A stretch of 64,000 nt of DNA from an uncultured Verrucomicrobiae bacterium (GTDB lineage: Bacteria; Verrucomicrobiota; Verrucomicrobiia; Chthoniobacterales; JAFAMB01), in NCBI GenBank assembly GCA_963762565.1, contig CAVXLD010000012.1, positions 352,001-416,000 of the forward strand, read 5' to 3'. This document shows positions 9,484-17,867 of the stretch, piece by piece. Position 1 is the first letter of the stretch. Each line of letters starts with the position of its first letter. The translations under genes were made by a program, and so were the position numbers. Under the pieces are notes generated by a model that did not search any database, was not told the DNA's origin, and saw nothing but the letters and a program-made list of their open reading frames with translations.

Positions 9484-9745
9484 GGGCGGCTTTCGCGAGC
9501 GCATGACGCGTGCCCGGCTCCAGCAACGTCGCCACGATGCGGCGACCAAAAGCGATCGCCCGCCCAAGAAGCGACAGACCCAACACCCCCTATAAGTCAT
9601 ATAGGTCCTATAAGTCCTATTCGCCCTGGCCGCCCTACCGCCCACTCCTCTCGCCAAGCTCTTTCCTGAGGCCTGTGCTTGATTTGTCTTATGCCGGCTT
9701 TTCTGTATGTGAAGCCTCAATGAAAATCGACCAAACGTGCAGGAA

Positions 9746-10561
9746 ATGAGGATATACGCGCTGGTAGCGATCGGCGGCGGACTCGGCAGCTTGCTCCGCT
9801 TCGCTATTTCTCAGTGGATGGCTCCAATGCCGGTCTGGTCCCCTTTATCGATTCTCATGATCAATGTGAGCGGATGCTTCCTGATCTCTTTTCTGAATTT
9901 TGTTTCCGATCCGACCGGTGAAATCTACCTGGGACCGAATATTCGCGTTTTTCTCATGGTCGGTGTCTGCGGCGGTTACACCACGTTTAGCACCTTTAGC
10001 CTTATCTCCTTTAATGCTCTACGTCATAATACGGTGATAGATTTATGGCTAAACATTGGCCTGTCGCATCTCCTTTGTTTGTTGGCTATTTGGGTTGGCG
10101 CCCTCGTTGCGTTCGGCCTTCCCCGGGCAGTTGCGGGGGGGTTGTCTTCGCAGCTAGATGCAATCCAACAAAACATGCTGGCAATTATTTTAGTATTTAT
10201 CGGCGGCGCGCTAGGTTCTATCTGGCGGTTTTGGTGGTCCGGCTGGGTCGCGGAGCGATTCGGAGAGACTTTTCCTTTCGGCACATTAGTCGTCAATGTC
10301 GTCGCATCGGCTTTGCTCGGACTGGTCTCAGGGCTGATACTCCGCCTAGGCGCCACGGACACTGCCGCGGTATTACAACAATTTATTTCAGTTGGCGTCT
10401 GCGGCGGATTAAGCACCTTTTCGTCGTTCAGCCTGCAAACCTGGAACCTGCTGATGGAAAGACGGTGGATAGCCGCCATCACAAACATAATTGTTTCAAC
10501 TGCGGTCTGTTTCGCGTCGATCGCGCTTGGATGGCAGGCTTCTGTTAATGCTCATCTATAA
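9746..10561 (+). CDS. crcB: Fluoride channel Fluc/CrcB, two domains in one ORF (second starts at ATG 10175; may be two genes)
   Basis: Two copies of the Fluc pattern: GGGLGSLLRF..NVSG..GVCGGYTTFSTF and GGALGSIWRF..GTLVVN..GVCGGLSTFSSF. Confidence 0.92.
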   Translation: MRIYALVAIGGGLGSLLRFAISQWMAPMPVWSPLSILMINVSGCFLISFLNFVSDPTGEIYLGPNIRVFLMVGVCGGYTTFSTFSLISFNALRHNTVIDLWLNIGLSHLLCLLAIWVGALVAFGLPRAVAGGLSSQLDAIQQNMLAIILVFIGGALGSIWRFWWSGWVAERFGETFPFGTLVVNVVASALLGLVSGLILRLGATDTAAVLQQFISVGVCGGLSTFSSFSLQTWNLLMERRWIAAITNIIVSTAVCFASIALGWQASVNAHL

Positions 10562-10576
10562 TCGAATCATGCGCAT

Positions 10577-10924
10577 ATGGAACTTTCTCAAGACGCGCTG
10601 CTTTTAAGAATCTTCATCGGCGAAAAAGACGAATATGAAGGGCAACCGCTCTTTAAGGCTCTGGTCTTAAAGGCGCGCGAGCTGCATTTAGCTGGTGCGA
10701 CGGTTTTCCGCGGTCCTTTGGGGTTTGGAAGGTCAAGCCACCTTCATAGCAGCGGGATTCTGCGTCTATCGTTCGACCTGCCCATGGTGATAGAGATTGT
10801 CGACACAGAAGAGAAGGTCCAGAGCTTCGTGGCCCAAATTGAAAGCATGGTCGGCGGCGGTCTGATTACCGTCGAACGGGTGCAGGCAATCTTCTACAAG
10901 GGCCGCGGGGAGAGTGATGGCTAG
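10577..10924 (+). CDS. DUF190 domain protein (PII-like, CrcB-associated)
   Basis: LLRIFIGE, LAGATVFRGPLGFG, LSFDLPMVIEIVD, GLITVE. Confidence 0.9.
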   Translation: MELSQDALLLRIFIGEKDEYEGQPLFKALVLKARELHLAGATVFRGPLGFGRSSHLHSSGILRLSFDLPMVIEIVDTEEKVQSFVAQIESMVGGGLITVERVQAIFYKGRGESDG

Positions 10925-10931
10925 CCAAGGA

Positions 10932-10970
10932 GAAGGCGGATCCGCGCTACCAGAGCGCGGATCTGCCTTC
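10932..10970. terminator. Hairpin between convergent DUF190 genes
   Basis: gaaggcggatccgcgct-acca-gagcgcggatctgccttc. Confidence 0.6.
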
Positions 10971-11364
10971 ACTTTAGCTCGTGCTGATATCGAATGATCT
11001 GCGCGCGCTCTATGGTGATCAGCCCTCGCTGCATCATCTTCCGGAGCTCAGGCAAGAACTCCTGGATCGTATCTGGCGTGTCCACGATCTCCACAATCAT
11101 AGGCAAATCGAGAGAAAGCCGCAGGATGTTCGCGTTATGGAGATGATGGGAACGGCCAAATCCCATCGGACCCCGCAATACCGTAGCGCCTGCAAGCTTC
11201 AACTCCCGTGCCCGAAGCACGATGGCCTTGTAAAGAGGGCGGTGATTGTACTCCTCGGCCTCTCCGATAAAGATACGGAGCAAGAGGCATTCTTGCGGTA
11301 GGTCGCGCGTCCGCCGAGAAGGCAACTGTCCGGGGGAAGATGCAGCCTGAGGGGTAGTGACCAT
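10969..11364 (-). CDS. DUF190 domain protein
   Basis: LLRIFIGE, LAGATVLRGPMGFG, LSLDLPMIVEIVD. Confidence 0.9.
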   Translation of the reverse strand: MVTTPQAASSPGQLPSRRTRDLPQECLLLRIFIGEAEEYNHRPLYKAIVLRARELKLAGATVLRGPMGFGRSHHLHNANILRLSLDLPMIVEIVDTPDTIQEFLPELRKMMQRGLITIERAQIIRYQHELK

Positions 11365-11469
11365 AACGGGAATAAATTCCCTGAGCGGTTCACCGACACC
11401 CTCACGAGATCTTAGGTACGAGTCTAAATAGCACGGGTAGCTGAAGCAAATTTGACACTGTGCAATTGT

Positions 11470-11811
11470 CTACTCGGCTTCATCAAATAGATCGACTACT
11501 TGCGCTTTCTCCAAGGTGATCAACCCGCTCGGCATCATCTGCTCGAGTACTGGAAGAAAAGCGTTGATCTTCTCCGAGCTGTCTACAATCTCGATGACCA
11601 CTGGTAAATCGGATGAAAGCCTCAGCGGATTCGCCTGATGAAGTCGACTCGATTTCCCGAACCCGAGGGTGCCATGTAAGACCGTAGCGCCGGCTAGCTG
11701 CAACTCGCGCGCCTTCAATACGATGGCCTCAAACAGTGGGCGATGGTGGAACCGGTTTTTATCGCCGGTAAAGATTCGCAATAGCGTTGACTCATCCGGA
11801 GGTGCAGCCAT
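11470..11811 (-). CDS. DUF190 domain protein
   Basis: LLRIFTGD, LAGATVLHGTLGFG, LSSDLPVVIEIVD. Confidence 0.9.
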   Translation of the reverse strand: MAAPPDESTLLRIFTGDKNRFHHRPLFEAIVLKARELQLAGATVLHGTLGFGKSSRLHQANPLRLSSDLPVVIEIVDSSEKINAFLPVLEQMMPSGLITLEKAQVVDLFDEAE

Positions 11812-11973
11812 ATCCAACGTTAACCTTATCGGAGCCGAGCCACCGGTTCAAGCTGACAACAGAACCGGCGACCGAGCAAAAAAATGATCTTCACTCAGCA
11901 ATACGCAATACCGACCTGCTCCGCGTTGTTAATTCCAAGCCTGCAAGCGGCGCTCTAACCCCAATTCCGAATA

Positions 11974-13491
11974 TTATACACCTGAGGGCTCTCCAAATAT
12001 CTGGTTATAGAGATCTTCTCCGTAACTGGTCTCCAATGGTTCGGCTTCGACTAACTTAAACGTGCGAGTCCCATCGCTTTCTCTTTCCGCCCGTAAAAAA
12101 AGTATATTTTCCTGTTTTGTTGCATGGAATCCAGAGGCAAACGTATACTGATGGCTTACAAAAAAGATTTTAAACCCCTTTTCGATCAAAGCCGACACAA
12201 TCTGCCTTGCAATCTCCGATCCTTCTCGTTCGTTCGTAGCGGCAAACGATTCGTTAAATAACAATATCGAATCCGGGACCAAATGTTCTGCGATCTCGCT
12301 CATTCTGGTTAGTTCTTCATCGAATTTCCCGCTCTTCATGCTTGCGTCCTCCTCGCGCTTGAAGTGAGTAAACACGCTCGGACACATATTGGCCGAGAAA
12401 GACTCCGCCCCGACGAACATGCCCGCCTGCATCATCAATTGAGCCAGACCGACGCTCCGCAAAAACGTGGACTTTCCTCCCTGGTTCGCACCCGTAACGA
12501 TAATAAGATCTTTTTCGTCTGCGTCGACGTCATTTCCGATCACTCTCTGTCGCAAACGCAACGATAAGCAGACATCGTACAGTCCACGAAAAGAATGCTT
12601 TCGTTCGGTTGCAGGGACTGGCTCCGGCCAGCAGATCGGCTCCCCCTTTTTCGCCAGTTGTTCCCGCAGATTCAGGCAGCTAACATAGAACGCCAGTTCG
12701 GCTCTCAACATCTTGAAGAAATTCAGGATATGATCCGTAGATTGCGCTAGCGCGTTCGCTACCAGGTTAATCCCCCGTTCGTTCAGCTCAGATAAGGCTC
12801 TGGCACCGTTTTCGTCACGGGGATCAAGAACAAACGTGTAACCGGCCTCTCTTATACCAAAGTACTGCTGAAGCCAGGAAATAATCCAATGCTGTTTGAT
12901 TCGCGCCTTCCTGAGGATATAGTTCCTTCCCTTATTACCTTTCCCCAGCTGCGCACTGATCAAGACGCCGGCGCGGAATTTCATTTCCTTTAGATGAGCC
13001 TTTATGCTGGCGAAATATTCGTCGGTTAGTTCGGCCTCCAGCGTAGCCAATAGATTTCTAAAGCCCTCAGACTGGAATGCTGCGCCGTGCTGCGCCGACG
13101 CTGATCTCAATTTTTGCAGAACTTCGATGAGGTAGTACAACAGCTCGATCGCCCGACCGAGAATCCCAGCTGGATATTTGCTGAAGATACCCCAGGAGCA
13201 CTTTCTCTCACATTGGATTCCTTCTACCGCCAGCGCATAGAGCCCCCGAACGACGGCAGGATTCTTCAGGCAGTCCTGTAGGATACGCTGCCGATACAGA
13301 ATAGTGTCCAAATCGTTGTCCAAGCTGCAGAGGACAACGGATTCAGCTACTCGCAACAGAAACTCATCACCAGTGGCCATCGCGCCGAACAGAGTGTCCA
13401 GTGCCAAGTCCGGCATCAGCGTTTTCTTGCTCCACGGTAGGGTTTGTCCAAAATCAAAGTCGCGGTCTCGAAAAAGCAGAAATGCTTTCAT
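11974..13491 (-). CDS. MutS-related protein (ATPase domain V, no mismatch-binding domain; MutS4-like)
   Basis: IIVTGANQGGKSTFLRSVGLAQLMMQAG, THFKREED, SGKFDEEL, LFNESFAATNEREG, SYGE. Confidence 0.88.
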   Translation of the reverse strand: MKAFLLFRDRDFDFGQTLPWSKKTLMPDLALDTLFGAMATGDEFLLRVAESVVLCSLDNDLDTILYRQRILQDCLKNPAVVRGLYALAVEGIQCERKCSWGIFSKYPAGILGRAIELLYYLIEVLQKLRSASAQHGAAFQSEGFRNLLATLEAELTDEYFASIKAHLKEMKFRAGVLISAQLGKGNKGRNYILRKARIKQHWIISWLQQYFGIREAGYTFVLDPRDENGARALSELNERGINLVANALAQSTDHILNFFKMLRAELAFYVSCLNLREQLAKKGEPICWPEPVPATERKHSFRGLYDVCLSLRLRQRVIGNDVDADEKDLIIVTGANQGGKSTFLRSVGLAQLMMQAGMFVGAESFSANMCPSVFTHFKREEDASMKSGKFDEELTRMSEIAEHLVPDSILLFNESFAATNEREGSEIARQIVSALIEKGFKIFFVSHQYTFASGFHATKQENILFLRAERESDGTRTFKLVEAEPLETSYGEDLYNQIFGEPSGV

Positions 13492-15071
13492 GGTTCCATG
13501 CGCGCTTTCAATTGCTCGAAAGTGAGCCCATGTTTTTCAGCAAGGGACAGCGCGTACGAGAGTCCGGCGGCCGGCTTTCGCAAAACCTTAAAAGTCCTTA
13601 TTGTCGGGTCTTGCGGATCAACCATGCTAACCAAACTCACTACCTGCTGGGAAAATGAAGCTAAGTCGTCGACGAAGGTTACCCAGACGCACACCGCGTC
13701 TCGCTCGATTATTTTCTCGATTACCTTCTTACTGAGAAACAGCGCGTCTCGAAGAGTTGTGGAGGTAAAAATCTCATTCATGATAATGAGGCTGTTCGAA
13801 GTCGCCTCTTCAGAATTTCATGAATTCTTACTACGTCATCTTGGAGTTTGCCCCGCAGGTTCGCCATGTTTTCTTGCCTCTCGAAATGGGCTAGGATTTT
13901 GTCGAAGAGGAAGACTCGAGACGGGTACCCGGAACTGGACAGCCGATGCTAGCCAAGTAGTGAATCTGGCCAAAAGCACGGGCGAATGTGGTTTTTCCAC
14001 CTGGATTCGGCCCTGACACCACGAATATCCGTTCGGGATCTTTCAGGTAGAAGTCGTTACAAACAGTTCCTGCGTCGTTGATCACTTGCTGATGAGCCAG
14101 GGCCAGGTCGAACCCTTCATAGTTGTAAACCTCTTTGGATCGAGTTGGAGATTTCCGGATAACAAAATTTCAATCCGGTACGTTCAATCAATTCCGCAGT
14201 ATTCGAGATAAGCAAGGTAGAACTGGATCTCGCGATCGAAACGCTCGACGGTTTTATCTATATAGTCGGCGTTGCGGTACGCAGACGATCCAGATAAGTG
14301 AAGTGCCGGATATAAGCAGACGACAGAATTCCAGGATCTTGGCTTCGATCTGATTCATCGACAGGCGGTTCTCAAAATCAACTTATAGTCCTTTACCGCG
14401 CCCTGCTTGAATTTCTCAAACGTCTCTTCGACCTCAGTGCTATAATCGGTCTGGTCGTCATATCTCCGATCGTGAAATTTCCAAGCCGGACATTTACTGT
14501 ATAGGTGATTGACGATAGATCGGTGTTCGGTTTTTGCGCTTCCAGTGTTAGCAACCGGAAGGACTCGGATTCAACGTACGTCTTGAGATAACTCCGGAGA
14601 CCGGTGAAATTATGGACCTAAACGTACCGTTAAGAGCTCTTGAGCAAAGCTGTTAACCGCCTCACAATAGGTTCCCAAGGCGTCCAAAAAACAGCGGCGC
14701 TTTTGATATTGGTAGTACAGCTTGCCTACGGTGGTGAGATGCTCGCGCATTGTCCCCATTTTCGCGGCAAACGATCTCACGGATCGCAATAATCCTGCGG
14801 CCTCCAGATCTTGAAACACCTCATGGCGGTAGGCGATTGCATCAATGTCGCCTAACGGAGTGTAAAAAAACGGTTTCAGCTCGTAGCCGGCCTTGCCGAC
14901 TGTGATGCCGTCCACGATCTGATCAAGATTTAGGTCACGAAAAAAGTCACGAGTGTCTGCCGTCTCCTGATTTATGCCATCCTCGGGTCTCGCAAAGAGT
15001 ATGCTCTGGAAAGCCGGAGAGCTTCCCGTTGTTGTTTCGATCAAATCATCCAGTGTCGCCTCATACTTCAT
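13488..15071 (-). CDS. MutS-related protein (first of the tandem pair), frameshifted
   Basis: [62 protein letters not shown] across frames; ATGA overlap with the next gene. Confidence 0.85.
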
Positions 15072-15105
15072 TGCCCTCCCCCTAGTGTTTGCGAGTTATT
15101 TACAC

Positions 15106-15165
15106 TAGGAGTCATCAGCCCAAACTGGGTGGTTTGCCGTCTCCGGCGAGGCTAACTCCATAGCC
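15106..15165 (-). promoter_or_regulatory. Fluoride riboswitch (crcB motif) controlling the MutS-like pair
   Basis: Minus strand GGCUAUGGAGUUAGCC-UC-GCCGGAGACGGC-AAACCACCCAGUUUGGGCUGAUGACUCCUA: P1 GGCUA/UAGCC, pseudoknot GGAG/CUCC, conserved CUGAUGAC. Confidence 0.9.
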
Positions 15166-15175
15166 TCTTGAGAGG

Positions 15176-15204
15176 AAGCTATGGGATAATCGGGTGGAAA
15201 TCAA
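15176..15204 (-). promoter_or_regulatory. sigma70-type promoter for the minus-strand riboswitch
   Basis: TTGATT-N17-TAGCTT ending 10 nt before the aptamer. Confidence 0.6.
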
Positions 15205-15210
15205 TACCTC

Positions 15211-15239
15211 TTGGCGGGCGGCCAGTGAGGCATTATCAT
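15211..15239 (+). promoter_or_regulatory. sigma70-type promoter for the plus-strand riboswitch
   Basis: TTGGCG-N17-TATCAT ending 6 nt before the aptamer GGCAAUGG. Confidence 0.65.
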
Positions 15240-15245
15240 GATGAC

Positions 15246-15307
15246 GGCAATGGAGTTTGCCGTCATGGCTTCGGCCGGGACATCGCGGTCCTCGCTGATA
15301 ACTCCTG
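15246..15307 (+). promoter_or_regulatory. Fluoride riboswitch (crcB motif) upstream of a P-loop NTPase gene
   Basis: GGCAAUGGAGUUUGCC-GUCAU-GGCUUCGGCC-GGGACAUC-GCGGUCCUCGC-UGAUAACUCCUG: P1 GGCAA/UUGCC, pseudoknot GGAG/CUCC. Confidence 0.87.
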
Positions 15308-15321
15308 TTCATCACCTTCCG

Positions 15322-16008
15322 ATGCACAGAGACCAACTACTCGAAGAACTGCGACGGTTGCATTGCCAGCAAGAGAATGTCTTACTGATCGGGCCGACCG
15401 GAATCGGTAAAACCACGCTTTTGCGGACTCTGAGTGAAACTCTGCCGCTCACAATTTGCGACGAAACGTTCGACCTCGGCCGGCTTTGCGATTGCCTCGA
15501 AAGCCGGATGCGCTGGTCTCATGAGAAATTTAGCATCATCGTTCGCAAGAACCGATTGCTCCGGCATCTGAGAACGCACCCGGATCCAGTCGCGTTCGAT
15601 CATGTGGCTGGAACGCCGCCACGGGTGGCGCGCTTTATTGGGCATTTGCTCGACGATATGCCCGTCTCGATCCGTGCCGTTCCGATCGCCGTCGAGACAT
15701 CGGTCATGTGTGGGAAAATCTCTCCCGGTTCGTTCGAATTGAAGTACCGCCCTTCACAGAGAGTGAGGCAGCACACCTGATTGCGGTTGCAGTTATTCCG
15801 GAAAGATCCAACCAGATGCGGTTCGGCATTGCCGGACCTTTATCGTCTAAGCCACGGTTCACCTCATACTTTGCAAGAACTCATAACCGAGCTCACCACT
15901 CGCAAATACAACATGAGCAGCGCAGCCGGCCTGAGGTTGTTGGAACTGGACCGGAAGATTCACAGACTGAATAATTTTGAGAGGCCGAACCTTTCGGGAG
16001 GGAGGTAG
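15322..16008 (+). CDS. Uncharacterised small P-loop (AAA-like) NTPase, frameshifted
   Basis: ENVLLIGPTGIGKTTLL Walker A, VAFDH Walker-B-like, then FVRIEVPPFTESEA and LYRLSHGSPHTLQEL in other frames. Confidence 0.75.
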
Positions 16009-16103
16009 TCGCTGCGAAGAAAGATTTAGACTGGCCTTTCTGACTCGGTATGCCGACGTCTGCCGACTGGCTGAATGTGGTTCTGAAGTTTAAGGTAAAT
16101 GGA

Positions 16104-16787
16104 ATGTCCTCTTTTTCGTTGATCGACTTCGCGTGTTGGCTGGTCGTGTTCCTTGGCTCAATGACCGCGCATGAGGCGTCTCATGCTTTTGTGGCCAAAC
16201 TTCTCGGTGACCCAACGGCGTATCTTGGCGGCCAAGTCACGCTAAACCCGATCCCTCATATTCGGCGTGAGCCGTTTGGGATGTTGCTGATTCCGATTAT
16301 CTCCTATTTGGCTGCAGGATACATGCTTGGCTGGGCCAGAGCACCGTACAATGCTGCTTGGGCCGGCCGGTTTCCCCGGCGGGCTGCCATCATGGCTCTG
16401 GCGGGACCGGCAGCAAATTTTGTAATCGCGTTGCTCTGTTGGATAGGGCTCAAATTCGGATTAGCAACCGGACTGTTCGTTCCAGGTATCACTGGGCGTT
16501 TTTCTGAAGCGGTCGTTTCATTGGAACCGGGTTTATGGAGCGTCGTAGCGATACTGCTGAGTCTTGGATTCTCGTTGAACCTACTCCTTGGTGTCTTCAA
16601 TTTGCTTCCGGTTCCACCACTTGATGGTAGCGCCTTACCTCTTTTGTTCCTCACTGGAGAGGCTTCTCTAGCCTACCAAAGAATCAGCCGCGGGAGCCTA
16701 GCCTTCCTTGGAATACTCGTGGCCTGGCAAATTTTCCCAAGAATCTATCGCCCTATCTGGTACTGGATGGAGTCGACGCTGAGGTGA
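16104..16787 (+). CDS. Site-2 protease family (M50) peptidase
   Basis: HEASH, GDPTA, LAGPAAN, FNLLPVPPLDG. Confidence 0.92.
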   Translation: MSSFSLIDFACWLVVFLGSMTAHEASHAFVAKLLGDPTAYLGGQVTLNPIPHIRREPFGMLLIPIISYLAAGYMLGWARAPYNAAWAGRFPRRAAIMALAGPAANFVIALLCWIGLKFGLATGLFVPGITGRFSEAVVSLEPGLWSVVAILLSLGFSLNLLLGVFNLLPVPPLDGSALPLLFLTGEASLAYQRISRGSLAFLGILVAWQIFPRIYRPIWYWMESTLR

Positions 16788-16791
16788 GCCG

Positions 16792-16978
16792 TTGGCGTTT
16801 GGCGTTCGGCGGGTAGGGGAGGGAGCGCCTCCCCGCGCGCCGCGAGGACGTACCATAACCTAACGGTGTATTCTTGTTCCCAGATTACAGCAAGTCCTCG
16901 GCTTTGATTACAACGGATCGCGAGGACGCGATCCCTCCCGGGCCACCGCCCGAACGCCGAACGCCGAACGCCAAACGC
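16792..16978. repeat. (GGCGTTC)n ... (GAACGCC)n inverted micro-repeats enclosing a family C element (16817-16939)
   Basis: Seen directly between convergent genes. Confidence 0.75.
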
Positions 16979-17316
16979 TAACCGGGCGGCCAATGCATCG
17001 AGCGACCACCCAACACATGTACGTGCAGATGCGGTACAGTCTCCCCACCGTTGCGACCACTATTGATAACCAACCTGTAACCGCTTTCGCTTAGGCCCAG
17101 ATCTGAGGCGACTTGCTTGGCAGTCAACAGCAGGCGTCCTAACAGCGGGGCGTCGGCAGGTTGAGCTTCAGCAATCCGTGGGATCACTCTTTTCGGAATT
17201 ACCAGCACGTGAACCGGCGCTTGCGGATTGACGTCATGGAAGGCCAAAATCTCGTCATCTTCGAAGACCACTTTCGCCGGGATTTCGCGGGCAACGATTT
17301 TTTCAAATAAGGTCAT
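16978..17316 (-). CDS. hinT: Histidine triad nucleotide-binding protein
   Basis: AFHDVNPQAPVHVLVIPK, VPHLHVHVLGGR. Confidence 0.93.
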   Translation of the reverse strand: MTLFEKIVAREIPAKVVFEDDEILAFHDVNPQAPVHVLVIPKRVIPRIAEAQPADAPLLGRLLLTAKQVASDLGLSESGYRLVINSGRNGGETVPHLHVHVLGGRSMHWPPG

Positions 17317-17867
17317 CGGATCGTTAACAGGACTTCAGATTTATCCTTTTCAAGCTGGGCGCGAAGAAAATCCACGATTTCCGTCCGCAACTCGGAACAG
17401 CCACGGCTCCAGGTCTTAACCGATTGAAGAAAGCGGACGCAGTTTTGCAGTCCCAAGACATTGATGTTTGGTGCTCGCCGCGAAAGCATTGGCTGCATCC
17501 GTTCTTTTAAAAGTTGGAAGAACGCCAACTCGTAGCCGGGACCGGCCTCCGCAGCAAGATCCGAAAGCGAGATTACGCCGGGTGGCTCGAGGGTTTCATA
17601 TTTCAACGCGATCTCGCCATGACCGATCGCTTGTAATGCGGACCGGATCACTTCGTTCAATTCAGAAATCGTGATCGCCGGCTTATCGTAGCAGTTGCCG
17701 AGAAAACAGAGGATGCTTTCGGTAACATGTCCTGCCAGCCACCATTGCGCGTAACCTGCTTTTACAGCGGCTCGAGCTAAGCATCCACACAACCAATCAC
17801 GGCGGATTATCTCGATTGATCCGTCGTCCAGTCGAAGCACGGGAATTGAGTCTAGGAGCGCGATCAC
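17313..17867 (-). CDS. Hypothetical protein with ATP-cone-like N-terminus
   Basis: 184 aa, 4-nt overlaps with nrdR and hinT; N-terminal pattern parallels the NrdR ATP-cone. Confidence 0.75.
   Translation of the reverse strand: MIALLDSIPVLRLDDGSIEIIRRDWLCGCLARAAVKAGYAQWWLAGHVTESILCFLGNCYDKPAITISELNEVIRSALQAIGHGEIALKYETLEPPGVISLSDLAAEAGPGYELAFFQLLKERMQPMLSRRAPNINVLGLQNCVRFLQSVKTWSRGCSELRTEIVDFLRAQLEKDKSEVLLTIR

Noticed and set aside
9485..9745. A third fluoride riboswitch upstream of crcB
   Set aside because: No GGNRAUGRNGUYYNCC...CUGAURAC pattern was found on the + strand.
15238..15321. N-terminal extension of the NTPase ORF (MMTAMEFAV...)
   Set aside because: It overlaps the -10 box and the riboswitch aptamer; ATG 15322 is the more plausible start.
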